Of a stretch of DNA of 64,000 nucleotides, positions 39,094-52,480 are shown in pieces; the first letter of the stretch is position 1; each line of letters starts with the position of its first letter. The notes under the pieces are model-generated. The model saw only the letters and a list, made by a program, of their open reading frames with translations. It made no database searches and was not told the origin of the DNA. Source of the stretch: Malacoraja senta (Eukaryota). The position numbers were made by a program, and so were the translations under genes. The stretch is from contig CM075992.1 in NCBI GenBank assembly GCA_038087875.1, forward strand, positions 3,102,001-3,166,000, written 5' to 3'.

Positions 39094-39223
39094 CTCCGTC
39101 TTCTTGCATATGGCGTGCACAGCCTAAAGTTGTGGGTCAACCTGTTCTATTTGATCTAATTTGTTTGTTGATTGCATTCGTCGAAACAGGGTGGACCAGT
39201 TGAAGGTTGCAATCTCCCACCCT
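39094..39223 (-). mobile_element. Short non-autonomous retroelement with ribozyme head and GAA-type tail, inserted in a V-SINE
   Basis: TSD tttgtaggt at 39085-39093 and 39225-39233; related copy at 18157-18597; no tRNA A/B-box head. Confidence 0.8.
39170..39223 (-). ncRNA. HDV/CPEB3-like self-cleaving ribozyme fold at the 5' end of a short retroelement
   Basis: Minus strand reads AGGGTGG-GA-GATTGCA-ACC-TTCAACT-GGT-CCACCCT-GTTTCGA-CGAA-TGCAATC: perfect P1 (7 bp), P2 (7 bp) and P3 (3 bp), 7-nt L3, C-GAA J4/2. Confidence 0.75.
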
Positions 39224-41804
39224 GTTTGTAGGTTAAATGACCTCTGTATATCGCCCCTAGTGGCTGGGAGTGGATGTGAAAGTGGGATAACATAGAACAA
39301 GTGTGATCGAGTGTTCGGTGGTCCTGTACCCTGAATATTCACTCCGCTTATTATTGTCACACTGATGTGAGCTACACCATCTACAACAAGCAGTGCAGTT
39401 GCTTCCTCCGGCTACTCCAACCGTGCCTGCCAAACCTGTGACCGCTACCTCCTCGATTATGGGCAAGGCTGGCAGGGGCGAGGGAAGACCGTACCTTATA
39501 GAAACAAGGAACTGCAGGTGCTGATTTACACAAAAGGACACAAAGTGCTGGAGTAACTCAACGGGCCTGGCAGGATCTCTGGAGAACATGAACGGGTGAC
39601 GTTTCGGGTCAGGACCCTTCTTCAGACCCGACCTGAAACGTCGCGTAGCCATGTTCTCCAGAGATGCTGCCTGACCCGCTGAGTTATTCCAGCGCTCTGT
39701 GTCCTTTTGTGAACACCCCCTACCTTTTTTTTTGTTTTCCCTCCTCCAGCCTGACTTGGAAAGATCTTCTCTCCATCATCCAGAGTCCTGAAGCGCGTTC
39801 ACCAAAAAAACTGTAGGAGGCACCTTCAGTGCATGGAGTGTGGTTGCTCTCAAGGCAGCAGCTCACCACCAACTTTTCAATGGTGGTTCGGGAGGGATGA
39901 TAAACACCGCCCTTGCTTGTTGTGAAAGGATAAATCAATGTCCTGCAAGCCTCCACCCCTCTCCAACCCCATTCTCACCCTCTCCCATCAGGGCTTGCAC
40001 GTTGAGGTGGGGGATAGAAAAAATATATAAAGATTCTATACACTTGTGAAAACGCTGAAAGTTGTGAAAATGGCTAAGTAGTGAAAACGGTTCATATGTT
40101 GTTCCTTGAATGCCATGCTGTAATGTAGACTGTAGAGCAACAGCAACAAGGGTTTAATTATTGGTTGGTGGCTGTGTTTGATTAGTCCACTTTAACTGAT
40201 AACCACATGGAGTTTTGTTGTCAAGTATTCAAATTTCTACTAGTATTCCATCTGGTACGTTTCAGAGCTTCAATCTTCCATCATTCACCCTGCGCACAAA
40301 TCCTCTCCTGCTTTTGGGTTGTTGGTTCCGCTTCTCATTCCTTGTGGTCCTCTCATGTTCCCCGCCATTTTAACCGTTAGCCACCCCGTGGCGACAGGCT
40401 GAAGGGGTGTCTGGGATTCGGTACCGGTCCCCCATTCATTTCTAGACCAGGAAGGCGGGTATCAAGCTTGCTGTTTGTCACCAACACCGACACAACCCAT
40501 TCAGTTGTCCAACAATGTGTGTGTGGTCTCACTTGGTTTCGACAGCCAACTAAATCTTGGTACGCATCTGCTGAGAAGTGGATTTCCAATGCAGTATTGA
40601 CAATCACGTACATTGGCATTATACCTTTCATAGAGTGCTTGAAGGGTTGCATCTTTAAAAGGAATTTAGGAGGCTTTGGAATGAATCATCTTAATTATAA
40701 CGGGAATATGCCTCAATAATATCTACAGCAGTGTAAGCCCTGCACACTGACCGAAGGCTGTTAGTGGATATTCCCTTTGATATCAGTGTAAAATGCTATT
40801 GAGGGAGTGCAGCGTAGGTTTACAAGGTTAATTCCCGGGATGGCGGGACTGTCACATGCTGAGAGAATGGAACAGCTGGGCTTGTACACTCTGGAGTTTA
40901 GAAGGATGAGAGCTGAGGGGATCAGGGGGTATGGAGAGAAGGCAGGTACGGGATACTGAGTTGGATGATCAGCCATGATCATATTGAATGGCGGTGCAGG
41001 CTCGAAGGGCCGAATGGCCTACTCCTGCACCTATTTTCTATGTATCTATGAGAGGGGATCTCATTGAAACATATAAGATTGTTAAGGGTTTGGACACGCT
41101 AGAGGCAAGAAACATGTTCCCGATGTTGGGGGAGTCCAGAACCAGGGGCCACACAGTTTAAGAATAAGGAGTAAGCCATTTAGAACGGAGACGAGGAAGC
41201 ACTTTTTCTCACAGAGAGTGGCGAGTCTGTGGAATTCTCTGCCTCAGAGGGCGGTGGAGGCAGGTTCTCTGGATGCTTTCAAGAGGGAGCTAGATAAGGC
41301 TCTTAAAAATAGCGGAGTCAGGGGATATGGGGAGAAGGCAGGAACGGGGTACTGATTGGGGATGATCAGCCATGATCACATTGAATGGCGGTGCTGGCTC
41401 GAAGGGCCAAATGGCCTACTCCTGCACCTATTGTCTATTGTCTATTGTCTAAAATATCACTGCTGGCTGATCATGGCATTACATTTAGCTTAGTCAGGCT
41501 GTCAATGTTAGAAAATCGCTGTTTAAATGAATCAAGGTGCGTGTAAAACAATCTGAGTGAAAGCACAATGGTGAAGGAAGGAAGTGCAGATGCTGGTTTA
41601 CAACAAAAAAACACACAAAGTGCTGGAGTAACAGTGGGTCAGGCTGATGCTGCCTGATTTGCCAAGATTTCCACCATTGACACTGGCTAATTCAAATTAC
41701 GTCACTCCTGGGATATGGCAGGATCATCAGTACAGCTTCCTTGTGTTTAGTACATTAACGTTACCTCAATGTTAGCTACCCACTAACATGTTAGTTTTAG
41801 TTGA

Positions 41805-42102
41805 AGATAGACACAAAATGCTGGAGTAACTCAGCGGGACAGGCAGCATCTCTGGAGAAAAGGAATGAGAGACGTTTCGGGTCGAGACCCTTCTTCAGAC
41901 TGATGTCAGGGGAGCGGGCGGGACAGAGATAGAATGTAGTCGGAGACAGTAAGACTGGTGGGAGAACTGGGGAATGGGGAGGGGATGGAGAGAGAGGGAA
42001 AGCAAGGGCTACTTGAAGCTAGAGAAGCTAATGTTCATACTGCCTGGGTGTAAGCTGCCCAAGCGAAATATGAGGTGCTGTTCCTCCAATTTGTGTGGGG
42101 CC
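41805..42102 (-). mobile_element. Penelope-like element 3' fragment
   Basis: KLEEQHLIFRLGSL motif on the minus strand; intact CTGAAGAAGGGTCTCGACCCGAAACGTC core at 41871-41898 (minus). Confidence 0.75.
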
Positions 42103-42590
42103 TAGTATTAGTTTAGTTTCAGAGATACAACGTGGAAGTCGGCCCCTTCAGCCCACGCTGACCAATGAACACCTGTACACTAAGTCCATCCTACACACTA
42201 GGGACAATTTACAGAAGCCTACACCCAAAATTTAATACAATTAAATTTGATATGCATTGGACACATTGAACGGCACGGTGGCGCAGAGGTAGAGTTACTG
42301 CAGGGATCAAGGGATGTGGGGAGAAGGCAGGAACGGGGTACTGATTTTGGATGATCAGCCATGATCATATTGAATGGCAGTGCTGGCTCGAAGGGCCGAA
42401 TGGCCTACTCCTGCACCTATTTTCTGTGGTGCGTGGTGTTCTACTCAGCACTATCATTGCCAGAAGGAGTTCCAGATCTCAGTTGACCAATTGAGAAGGT
42501 TAGTGCAGTAGAGGAAACATTCTCAAGCCAGGGAATATCTTTGCATTTCGGGAAAGCCCCCTTCACTCCAAAACTGGAAAAGAACATCTG

Positions 42591-43098
42591 TGTAGGAAGG
42601 AACTGCAGATGCTGGTTTATACCAAAGATAGACAGGAAGTGCTGGCGTAACTCAACAGGTCAGGCAGCATCTCTGGAGAAAAAGGATGGGTGACCTTCCG
42701 GGTCGGAACCCTTCCTCAGACTGAAAGTAGACGGGGTGGGTGGAAACTGGAGGTAGGAAAAGGCCAGAACAAATCAAGGTTGCCAACAGATGACCAAGGA
42801 AGGGTGGAGCCCACAATGGCCCATTGTTGGCTGGGGAAGAGGTGATAATGAAGGGAAACAAGGATGCGACCAGTGGCACTAGCAGGACCACGAGGGTCGG
42901 GGAGCGAAGGGTGGGGGAAAGAATGCAGCGGTTACTTGAAGTTGGAGAAGTCAATGTTCATACCGCTGGATTGTAAGCTGCCCAAGCGAAATATGAGGTG
43001 CTGCTCCTCCAATTTGCGTTGGGCCTCACTCTGACAGTGGAGGAGGCCCAGGACAGAAAGATGAATGTGGGAATGGGAAGGGGAGTTAAAATGTTCGG
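42591..43098 (-). mobile_element. Penelope-like element 3' fragment
   Basis: Minus strand HFNSPSHSHIHLSVLGLLHCQSEAQRKLEEQHLIFRLGSLQSSGMNIDFSNFK*, followed by the pLTR-type repeat found throughout the window. Confidence 0.8.
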
Positions 43099-44134
43099 GA
43101 CGTCATTGTTATCCAGGTACACCCATACCCCCACCACATCGCAATCCCCACCCCACCCCTTCCCCACCCCCTCCTTGGATCATTAACCAGATGACATTAA
43201 TGAAAGTGGAAGAAATAAATGCAGCTCAAACCATTCAGCAAGTTCGAGACCATTGAGGACATCAGATGCATGAAACATATCTTGGTTCCAAGATGGCGGC
43301 CAACGCAGGTGACTAGTTGCGTGCTGGCCACAGAAGCAGATCTACAGTCACATATTACAATCACTTCACCCTTTTAAATATACACTGCAAACGGCTCGAT
43401 TGTAATCATGTATTGTCTTTCCGCTGACTGGTTAGCACGCAACAAAATACTTTTCACTGTACCTCGGTACACGTGACAATAAACTCAACTCAACTAAAAA
43501 TATCAATAATCCATCGCGTGTGATGGTGGAAGCGAGCTACTACAAAGTGGTAACTATTCAGACAAATTTAAAGTCGAAGTTATATAAATCTTTCAAAATC
43601 TCGGCCTTTTAAGCTTCTTGGATTCTCTGAACACTGAATGTTTCTCCGCCCTTGATGCCAGACTGACTTGTTGCACGCTGATGTGGTAGGATTTGCGTTG
43701 TCCGTGTTTTGGGACTCGTGATTTGCTCGAATCCCCTTGGAAACAACAAGACTGTCTGTTTCCAAGACCTCTTTCTGCGAAACATCCACCCCCCCCCCCC
43801 TCCACCCTCACCCTCAGGCTCCCAGTGTATGTGCAGGATTCATGGAATCACTGGTCTACACCAAATTACTTGTACCAATCATGCCCAGTAGCTTCTAGAG
43901 TGGGATGACCTCTCTTGTCTTGCCAGGAACGGCTGAGTGATCCCATCTTGCATGTTGACTGAAGGGTTGAGATGGACCCCATTGCCATGCAGTGTAGGTA
44001 ATAGGCGAGGTTAGAGCATTGGCAAAGACCTAAATGCGAGAAGCATTGGTTGCATGTTGCATGTCAGTGCATGCCATAGGTTGCGACGAGAGTCTGTCTC
44101 TTCGCCTGTGGGGTAGCAGGTCACGCCCGTGCCA

Positions 44135-44330
44135 GGTTGCGAGTTCAAGTCCCACCTCGGGAGACTGGGCTGTCGCTTCAGTGCTGCACTGGGGGCAGTG
44201 TTGCATTGTCAGATGCGACGGCCAATTGAGGTGCCGCCTCCTCCCTCCTTGAGGACCAGGAGGAAAAGCAGCGGAGTTGTCCTTGGTGTCCCGGCCAATA
44301 TTTATCCTTCAAACATCAGCCTTAAAAAAA
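44135..44330 (+). mobile_element. Decayed Deu-domain SINE (SacSINE1-like); related pieces at about 17450-17570 and 37640-37800
   Basis: GTTCAAGTCCCAC head and GGAGTT..GGTGTCC.GGCCAATATTTATCC motif, recalled from DeuSINEs. Confidence 0.5.
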
Positions 44331-47300
44331 CCCAACTAGCATTGTGGATCTCACTAAGCACAATCTACCTGTTGAACCACAATCTACCTGTTAGGCTCTC
44401 CGAGTAGGATCCACGTGAGATCCAACAGCATAATCAGTTGGCACTCCTAGTGTTTCGGAGATTGTTATCAAAGGTGAAGTGTAGACACCAGAAATGACGG
44501 CCGTTCAAAGCTTGGGGCGGCACGGTGGAGCTACAGCGTTACAGCGCCCGAGACCCGGGTTCGATGCTGACCGCGGGTGCTTGCCTGTACGGAGTTTGTA
44601 CGTTCTCCCGGTGGGAGAACTGCGTGGGTTTTCTCCCAGATCTTCGGCTTGCAAGACTTGCAGGTTTGTAGGTTAATTGGCTTGGTATAAATGTAAATTG
44701 TCCCTAGTGTGTGTAGGATGGTGTTAGTGTGCTGGGATCGCTGGTCGGCGCGGACGCACACGCACACAACTACAGGACCAAGACTTTAATAGGAAATCAC
44801 AGTCGAGATTGTGATCAATTGCCCCCTGGTACAGAATTGTACCTGACTTGTATTCCACGTTTCTCTTGCTTAGTACAAACCAAAAGTACGCCAATAAGAC
44901 AGAGACACCTTGTGTCCAGAGCATAATTCTAGTGGAATAACCAAATATGTGCTGTTGTCATTGATTTGTGGGTGGGGAATTGAATTGAAGAGGCGTCAAG
45001 TTAAGTCAAGAGAGTTTTATTGTCATGTGTCCAAGATAGGACAATGAAATTCTTGCTTGCTGCAACACAACAGAATATTGTAGGCATAAATACAGATCAG
45101 ATCAGTGTGTCCATATACCATAAAATATATCTATATACACACACACATAAATAAACAGATAAAGTGCAATAGGCTGTTATAGTTCAGAATTTGTTTGAAG
45201 TTGTGTTTAATAGTCTGATGGCTGTGCTTTTAGGAGGGAATTTTGTTAACACTTCTACATGCAGAGGGTAGCAGAGAATCGGACATTTCTCCTGGAAAAG
45301 ACAGATGAATGCGGGTCAATTGTTAACTGGAAGTTAATCACTTTTTGACAAGCGGAGTTTTCAAGGCGATAACGCGAGGGATAAATTTGGTGTCTGGAGT
45401 CAGGTTTCAGTTGAAATAAAAGCAGGTTCAAGGAGCTGCTCGGTGGTGCAGCGGTAGAGTTGCTGCCTTACAGCACCAGAGACCCGGGTTCCATCTTGAA
45501 TCCGTGCTGGCTGTACAGAGTTTGTACGTTCTCCCTGTGACCGCACGGGTTTTCTGAGGGTGCTCCAGTTTCCCCCACACTCTAAAGTAGTACAGGTTTG
45601 CAGGTCAATGGGCTTTGGTGAGTTGCAAAAGTTGTCCCTAGCGTGTGCGGGCTAGTGTACAGGGGCGATCGCTGGTAGGCACTGACTCGATGGGCCAAAG
45701 GGCATGTTTCCGCGCGGTATCAAGTCTCAAGCTGCGTATCTTCCCATTGTTCCTGTGGGAGCAGCGAAAGATCAGCCAGGGATCCCTAACCTGAACGATA
45801 TTCAGATTCTCCGGTTAGGGAGGTGCATTGGTATCCAGTGAATCTTGCCCAGGCGAGCTGCGATCAAATGCCCAGCAGGCACAGTCCATCCCACAGCACA
45901 CCAGCATGCTCACTGGGAGAAGTTCCCATGCACAGCGGCATGGCCAAGATCAGGAGAAGTGGGCAGGAGAGCAATAAAGGGAAGGTGGAAAACTCAACTC
46001 AAGGAGGGTGGGGGGGGCACTGATGCAGAAAGAGCCTGCGTTTACCATTTGCGAGTGGTGCCAGTTCTCACCAGCTTGTTTCACCTGGCACCGGTTGGCA
46101 CTGCATGTTGCAAGCTGAGGACGCACGTCACCGACTCCACCAGTCGCCGTTCGCAAACCGGCCGCCGGCGCCCTCCGCGTCTTTACGCGGCCACCGTAGC
46201 CAACCGCGGGCGCGTGCCCAGGGTGGAGCCGCTGGCATAGACCTCGGTGGGTGCCACCTTGCCTTGGTTCCGGAGCTGTGCCTGGCTTTGACTTCCCTCC
46301 GACCTTGGCAGAGGTGGCTTTTGGCATTCCCCACCAGAAGTTTCTGAAGGAATGCCAAAGGGGTAACAAACGGGGTGATGTGTGGTGGGGTGGGGAGGAG
46401 GGGGGGGGGGGGGATTTGACCAGCCATGACCGAGCATTGGAGAACGGCATCCTGCATGACTGAGTTGCCAACGACCGGGGTGATGTAGCTCGTGTTTTCC
46501 TGTTTAAATCACTTTCACCTTTCTCAACAGGAAGCCACCGACGCCAGACCTGGGGTCAAATCAGGATTCCTCTGAAATGTAAATCAACCAATGCATCCGT
46601 TGTTGGGATTTATTACAGACGTGTATTGCACTAATTAGTTACTCATTGACATTTCCCTGGTATCAGAGGGGCCTCCTCATCTGTTTTTTAACTTTTAATT
46701 GCCTCCTCTATATTTATTATTTTCATTACCTCATGCAGCATTATTCCCGTTGCCCGGCAACTGAGATGGATGGAGGCCTTGGCTCGTCCCCCCCCCCCCC
46801 CCCCCCCGACTTCTCAATGCGAGTCATTCAGATGCAAGGTTCGGCCAAGGGGCCTGTCCCCCCCTCTCGGGTGGGTCTAACAGATTCCTGGGGCACTACT
46901 GTGGAGAGATTCTGATCATCATTGATCCTTCCTAATGTGACTAAGATAGAACCAATTTGGTTGTTGTTGCAAGTGGACCAAAATGCTGGAGAAACTCAGC
47001 GGGTGAGGCAGCATCTATGGAGCGAAGGAATAGGTGACGTTTCGTGTCGAGACCCTTCCTCAGACTATTATTGCAATGTCCTTTGTGGCATCATCTATGC
47101 CAGACCTACAACCCACCTGACAACAATGATCACCCATCAGAAGTAAGCGGGGGATTCTGAACTGGATGTTTAAGGTGTTGGAGGAAGGCAAGTCTGCATC
47201 TTGTCCTTCAGTAGTTAGACCTGTTGGGGAGCACACAGGGATACCAATGTCCTGGGAGTGTGAAGGAAGACCTTCTCACTCGCCAACGCCTGCATCCAGA

Positions 47301-50300
47301 CATCGCACATCAATTCAGGAACCTGTACAAATTCCCAAAGACATTTGAACAGATGCATATGTGGATAGGATGAGGGGGGGGCCTCATTAAAACTTACCGA
47401 CTAGTGCATGGCCTGGACAGAGTGGATGTGGAGAGGATGTTTCCACTAGTGGGAGAGTCCAGGACCACAGGGCACAGCCTCAGGATAAAAGGACGTTCCT
47501 TTTAGAAAGATGAGGAGGAATTTCTTTAGTCAGAGGGTGGTGAATCCGTGGAAATCATTGCCACAGGTGGATTGTGGAGGCCAAGACATTGGATATTTTT
47601 GAAACAGAGATCTACAGATTCTTGATTAGTATGGATGTCAAAGGTTAGGGAGAGAAGACAGAAGAATGGGGTTGTGAGGGAAAGGTAGATCAGCCATGAT
47701 TGAATGGTGGAGTAGACTTGATGGGCCAAATGGCCTAATTCTGCTCCTGTGGCTTATGAACTAATGGAAATAGAAAATATGAGTATAAAAAAACCTAGAA
47801 ATTACTGGAGTAACTCAGCAGGTTAGACAGAATTTCTGGAATGCATGGATAGGTGACGTTTCAGGTCGGGACCCTTCCTCAGACTAAAACATGAGTAAAT
47901 GGCTTCTCCTCATCTGCCGTCTGTTGGTCGGTGTGGGCAGTTTGGGCCGAAGGGCCTGTTTCCACTCTGGATGATTCTATGGGTTCCACTCTATGATTTG
48001 GATAGTTTTGTCTGGTATGTTGGAGATTGACAGGAGATTTGATAGAAGTATATAAAATTAAAAGCGTAGATAGGGTAGACAGTCAGAGCCTTTTTCCCCA
48101 GGGTGGAAATATCCAACACAAGCGGGAATGAATATAAGGTGAGCGGGGGGAAGTTTAATGGAGATGTGCGGGGTAATTTTTATGACACATAGAGTGGCGG
48201 TGGTGGCCTAGAACACATTGCCAGGAGTGGTGGTGGCGGCAGATAGTGGCGTTTAAGAGGCTTTTAGATAGGCACATGGATATGTAGGGAGGAATAGAGG
48301 GATATGAATCATGTACAGGCAGATGAGATCAGTTCAACTAGGCATCATGATTCACGAGTTTAGAAGGATAAGGAGGGATCTTATAGAAACATATAAAATT
48401 ATAAAAGGACTGGACAAGCTAGTTGCAGGAAAAATGTTCCCAATGTTGGGCGAGTCCAGAACCAGGGGCCACAGTCTTAGAATAAAGGGGAGGTCATTTA
48501 AGACTGAGGTGAGAAAAAACTTTTTTACCCAGAGAGTTGTGAATTTATGGAATTCCCTGCCACAGAGGGCAGTGGAGGCCAAGTCACTGGATGGATTTAA
48601 GAGAGAGTTAGATAGAGCTCTAGGGGCTAGTGGAGTCAAGGGATATGGGAGAAGGCAGGCACGGGTTATTGATAGGGGACGATCAGCCATGATCACAATG
48701 AATGGCGGTGCTGGCTCGAAGGGCCGAATGGCCTCCTCCTACACCTATTTTCTATGTTTCTATGTTTGGCATAAACATAAATGGTCGAAGGCCCATTCCT
48801 ATGCTGTGCTGATCGATGCTCCTCACAGAAAGGGCAGGCAGGCAGGCCAACATAAGGTGGGCCTGATGTCAGCACAATAGCCCTGAAGCACTGAGGGAGC
48901 ACCGCATGGTCAGGGGCGAAACCTTTCCTGTGATGCCTCACCTTCATTTTAGCCAGGTTAGTCCCTGGGGTAACGGCAGCGTGTTTTGTAGATGCTACTT
49001 ACCACAGCCACTGGTGGAGATAGAAACTAACGCTCAGGGCTGGGGGAGAATGGGCCGTTCAGGTAAGCAGTGTTGCCCTGGATGGTGCTGAGCTTTCAGA
49101 GTGTAATTGGAGTTGCACCCACTTGGGTATTCCACCACCCTCCCGCCATGTGCCTTGTAGATGATCGAACCCATCATAGATGTTCCCGATGTTGCAGGAG
49201 TCCAGAGCCAGTGGTCACACAGTTTAAGAATAAGGGGTCGGCCATTTTGGACTGAGATGAGGAAAAACTTTTTCACCCAGAGAGTTGTGAATCTGTGGAA
49301 TTCTCTGCCACAGAAGGCAGTGGAGGCCAATTCATTGGATGTTTTCAACAGAGAGTTAGGTACAGCTCTAAGGGCTAAGGGAGTCAAGGGATATGGGGAA
49401 GAAAGCAGGAACGGCGTACTGATTTTGGATGATCGGCCATGATCATTTGAATGGTGGTGCTGGCTTGAAGTGCCAAATGGCCTACGCCTGCACCTATTTC
49501 CTATGTTTTTATGAATAACTTTGAATTATTGAGTCACTCAACTGCAGGATATCCAGCCTCTAATCCGCCCTTCCAGCCACAGTCGGTAGTGAAAGAAACC
49601 AAACCTTCGAAACAGTACAGCCATATCTTTGACATTGTAGACTTAACCCATATGATGCCATTGCCCACATTCCTACAGATACACCCTCTGCTTTGGACCA
49701 GTTTATGGCCTTAATACCTATCCTGCTGGCACAGTGGTGACCCCGAGATATCGATGTCCTTGAATGCTGAGAGTAAATGGTTAGGCTTTCACTTGTTGGA
49801 AAGGGTTATTGCCTACCACTCTTGTGGTGCACATGTTATTGCCATTCAACAGCTCAGGCCTAGGTCTTGCTGCATGGGCTGCTTCATCTGCTGAGATGTT
49901 GCAGATGCAACCATTAGAATCAATCTCCATTGCTGACCCTACAAAGGAAGGAAGGTCACTTGATGAAGCATTTGGAGATAGTCCAGGACTGCTCTGAGGA
50001 GCTCCAACAACGATATCCAGGGGCTGGGATTGTAGACTTTGAAGTTCCAAGTTCACATCCTTCATGTAGCCTCTGCCATCTTTGGATCCACATTTATGCA
50101 GGCAATACTTTGATCTGACACAAATTATGATGTACCTGAGATGTAAACAATGGCTTGTGTCTGACATCAATGGAAGTAAAATGAACGCAGTTGACTTAAT
50201 GGTACACTAAATTTTTACCTTGCTTTCCACTACATCCAACTGGAATCTGAGTTGGCTGGCATTGGGGATGGTCTCATTGCTGATTCCCTTCATGGTCAAG

Positions 50301-52468
50301 TCTGCCCATCCCATGAACAGGATGGCCCACAGTGTGAAGTAGCAGAGAGCTACCTTTGCCTTTGGCTCTGTATTCTGGAGACTGGGAAGAATTGGGCGGA
50401 GGGGGTTGTGGGTCTCGGACAATTCATTCAAATGCTCTCTCGCACACAAATCTTCAACTTACCACCTGCGGGGTACTACCTGATACTTCACACTGGGGTG
50501 TTAAGGAATTGTTTTACTGCCCTATTTCAGTTGGATTGAAAGGCAATCTTGCAATCTGCACCAAGCCATTCCATCTAGAGTTTGTATTTTAACCTGCAAA
50601 CCAATAACCGTGGCATTTTTCTTCAGTTTCCCATCGACTGATAGTTGTGGCGTTCGATAAGATGTTGTTGCCTGGTTCGGGATGGTCTCTGGATAAGGCA
50701 TGAGTTGACGCGCTGCATATCTTTGCACTGTTGTTGAGGGAGGGGGGTGGTCACAGTAAAGAAGTGTGGGCGGCTTGGTGGCGCAGCGGGTAGAACTGCT
50801 GCCTCGCAGCGCCAGAGACCCGGGTTCGATCCTGACCTCAGGGTGCTGATGTGTGGAGTTTGCACGTTCTTCCTGCGGCCATTTTTTACTATCACTTACT
50901 TCTTCCCACATTCTAAAGACGTGCGGGTTTGTAGGTTAATTGGCTTCGATAAATTGCCCCTGGTGTGTAGGGAGTGGATGAGAAAATGAGATACATACTC
51001 AGTGGGCTGAAGGGCCTGTTTTCATGCTATATCTCTAAACTAAATAACCGATTGGAAGGTAGGAATAGGGATGCTTTATTGTCCCATGTGACTAAGCACA
51101 GTGAGGTTCTTTGCTTACACATACAATGTACACAAATAGCAGCCACCTACGGCACTAACAAAGTTATTTTCAGGAGTATTTCTCCACGAGAGCTGCAATG
51201 GGGATATCCATTGAGTCTTTACTCCTCCAATATGTACATTGCCCACTGTGCATTAAACCCCAGATCCCTGTTTACTTGTTGGAACATCAACAGGTAAATA
51301 TGGGCTGAGCACATGGCCTAACAGAATCAAGGGATAGGGGGGGAAAAGCAGGAACGGGGTACTGATTTTGGATGATCAGCCATGACCATATTGAATGGCG
51401 GTGCTGGCTCGAAGGGCCGAATGGCCTACACCCGCACCTATTTTCTATGTTTCTAACCTGGGTGACTGGGATGGCGGTGACCTTCCCAGGTCCCGTGTAC
51501 CCTGCAGCGGAGGAGATTCATGTTTTATCCAGAGACAGGCACAACCTCGGAAGCCATGCAAAGCGGGCATCTACCTGGAATATCACAGGGAAGGTTGCAT
51601 GCCTGAACCTTCGGTTGGATAACACGGGGAAACAGGAAACAGGATACTGAACAGGCATCCGTGGTTTATACGTTAACCAGCATGGAAAAATCCGCGACCA
51701 CCGTTGGTTTTAAGTTTGACTTCCAATTGAAATGCAACATGGATGCCAGTTAGTATTTTATTTGTAACACTCCTGTTGTGTTTTGTTTTCTAACTGGAAG
51801 AGACGGATTATTTTTGCATTGCGAGGGCTGGGTTACCTCACTGCCCTGCCCTCTCACCAACCTGTGTGGAAATACAATTGGACAGAAAGAGTGTTATAAA
51901 AAATTCTCCACCGACACTGTTCTGCATCCACATCACAACCGAAGGTGACACTGGAAGTTTTAGTCAAAAAAATCAACCTCTCTCTCTCTCTCTCTCCGCC
52001 GAAAATTGAATTGGTTCAGTTCGGTTCGGTGTCCGATAACTGGGGTGATGTGGAGGCAGACTAACTTAAGGGGAGAACTGGCCTGGTGTTTAAAGAGTTA
52101 TTGTCGGGTAACCTGATTGGAGTCGAATGTTGGACTTATAATTGCGTGCTCGATCCTGGTGAAGTTTCCCCCTCCCCCCCCCCCCCCCACCCCATCCAGA
52201 GAAGAGGGCAGCTGCAGCTAATTCTCCCAACGAATTCTGCAACGTCGCATGGCTAAGATAACCGGAGTTTTGCACTCTGATTCTTCAACACCCCCCACCC
52301 CCTGTCCCTATTGCTGCCATGTCTGTTCTGCTCCTCCAGGGGTTTTTTATAACTGTGCTTCCTATTTTCTTAGTCTCATTCTCTACTGTGCACGCAGTTC
52401 GTATTCCAAGCTTTTGTGTCCTCTCTTCACACTGACTTTCTTCTCATCTTTCCTCTCTGCTGGATCAG

Positions 52469-52480
52469 GAACATTATGGG
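52469..52480 (+). CDS. CACNA1A: Candidate 12-nt alternative microexon (exon 24a-like, adds NIMG to the IIIS3-S4 linker)
   Basis: Branch point CTGAC, long pyrimidine tract, tgctggatcag|GAACATTATGGG|gtaata; phase 2-2; resembles Cav2.2 e24a SFMG. Confidence 0.75.
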
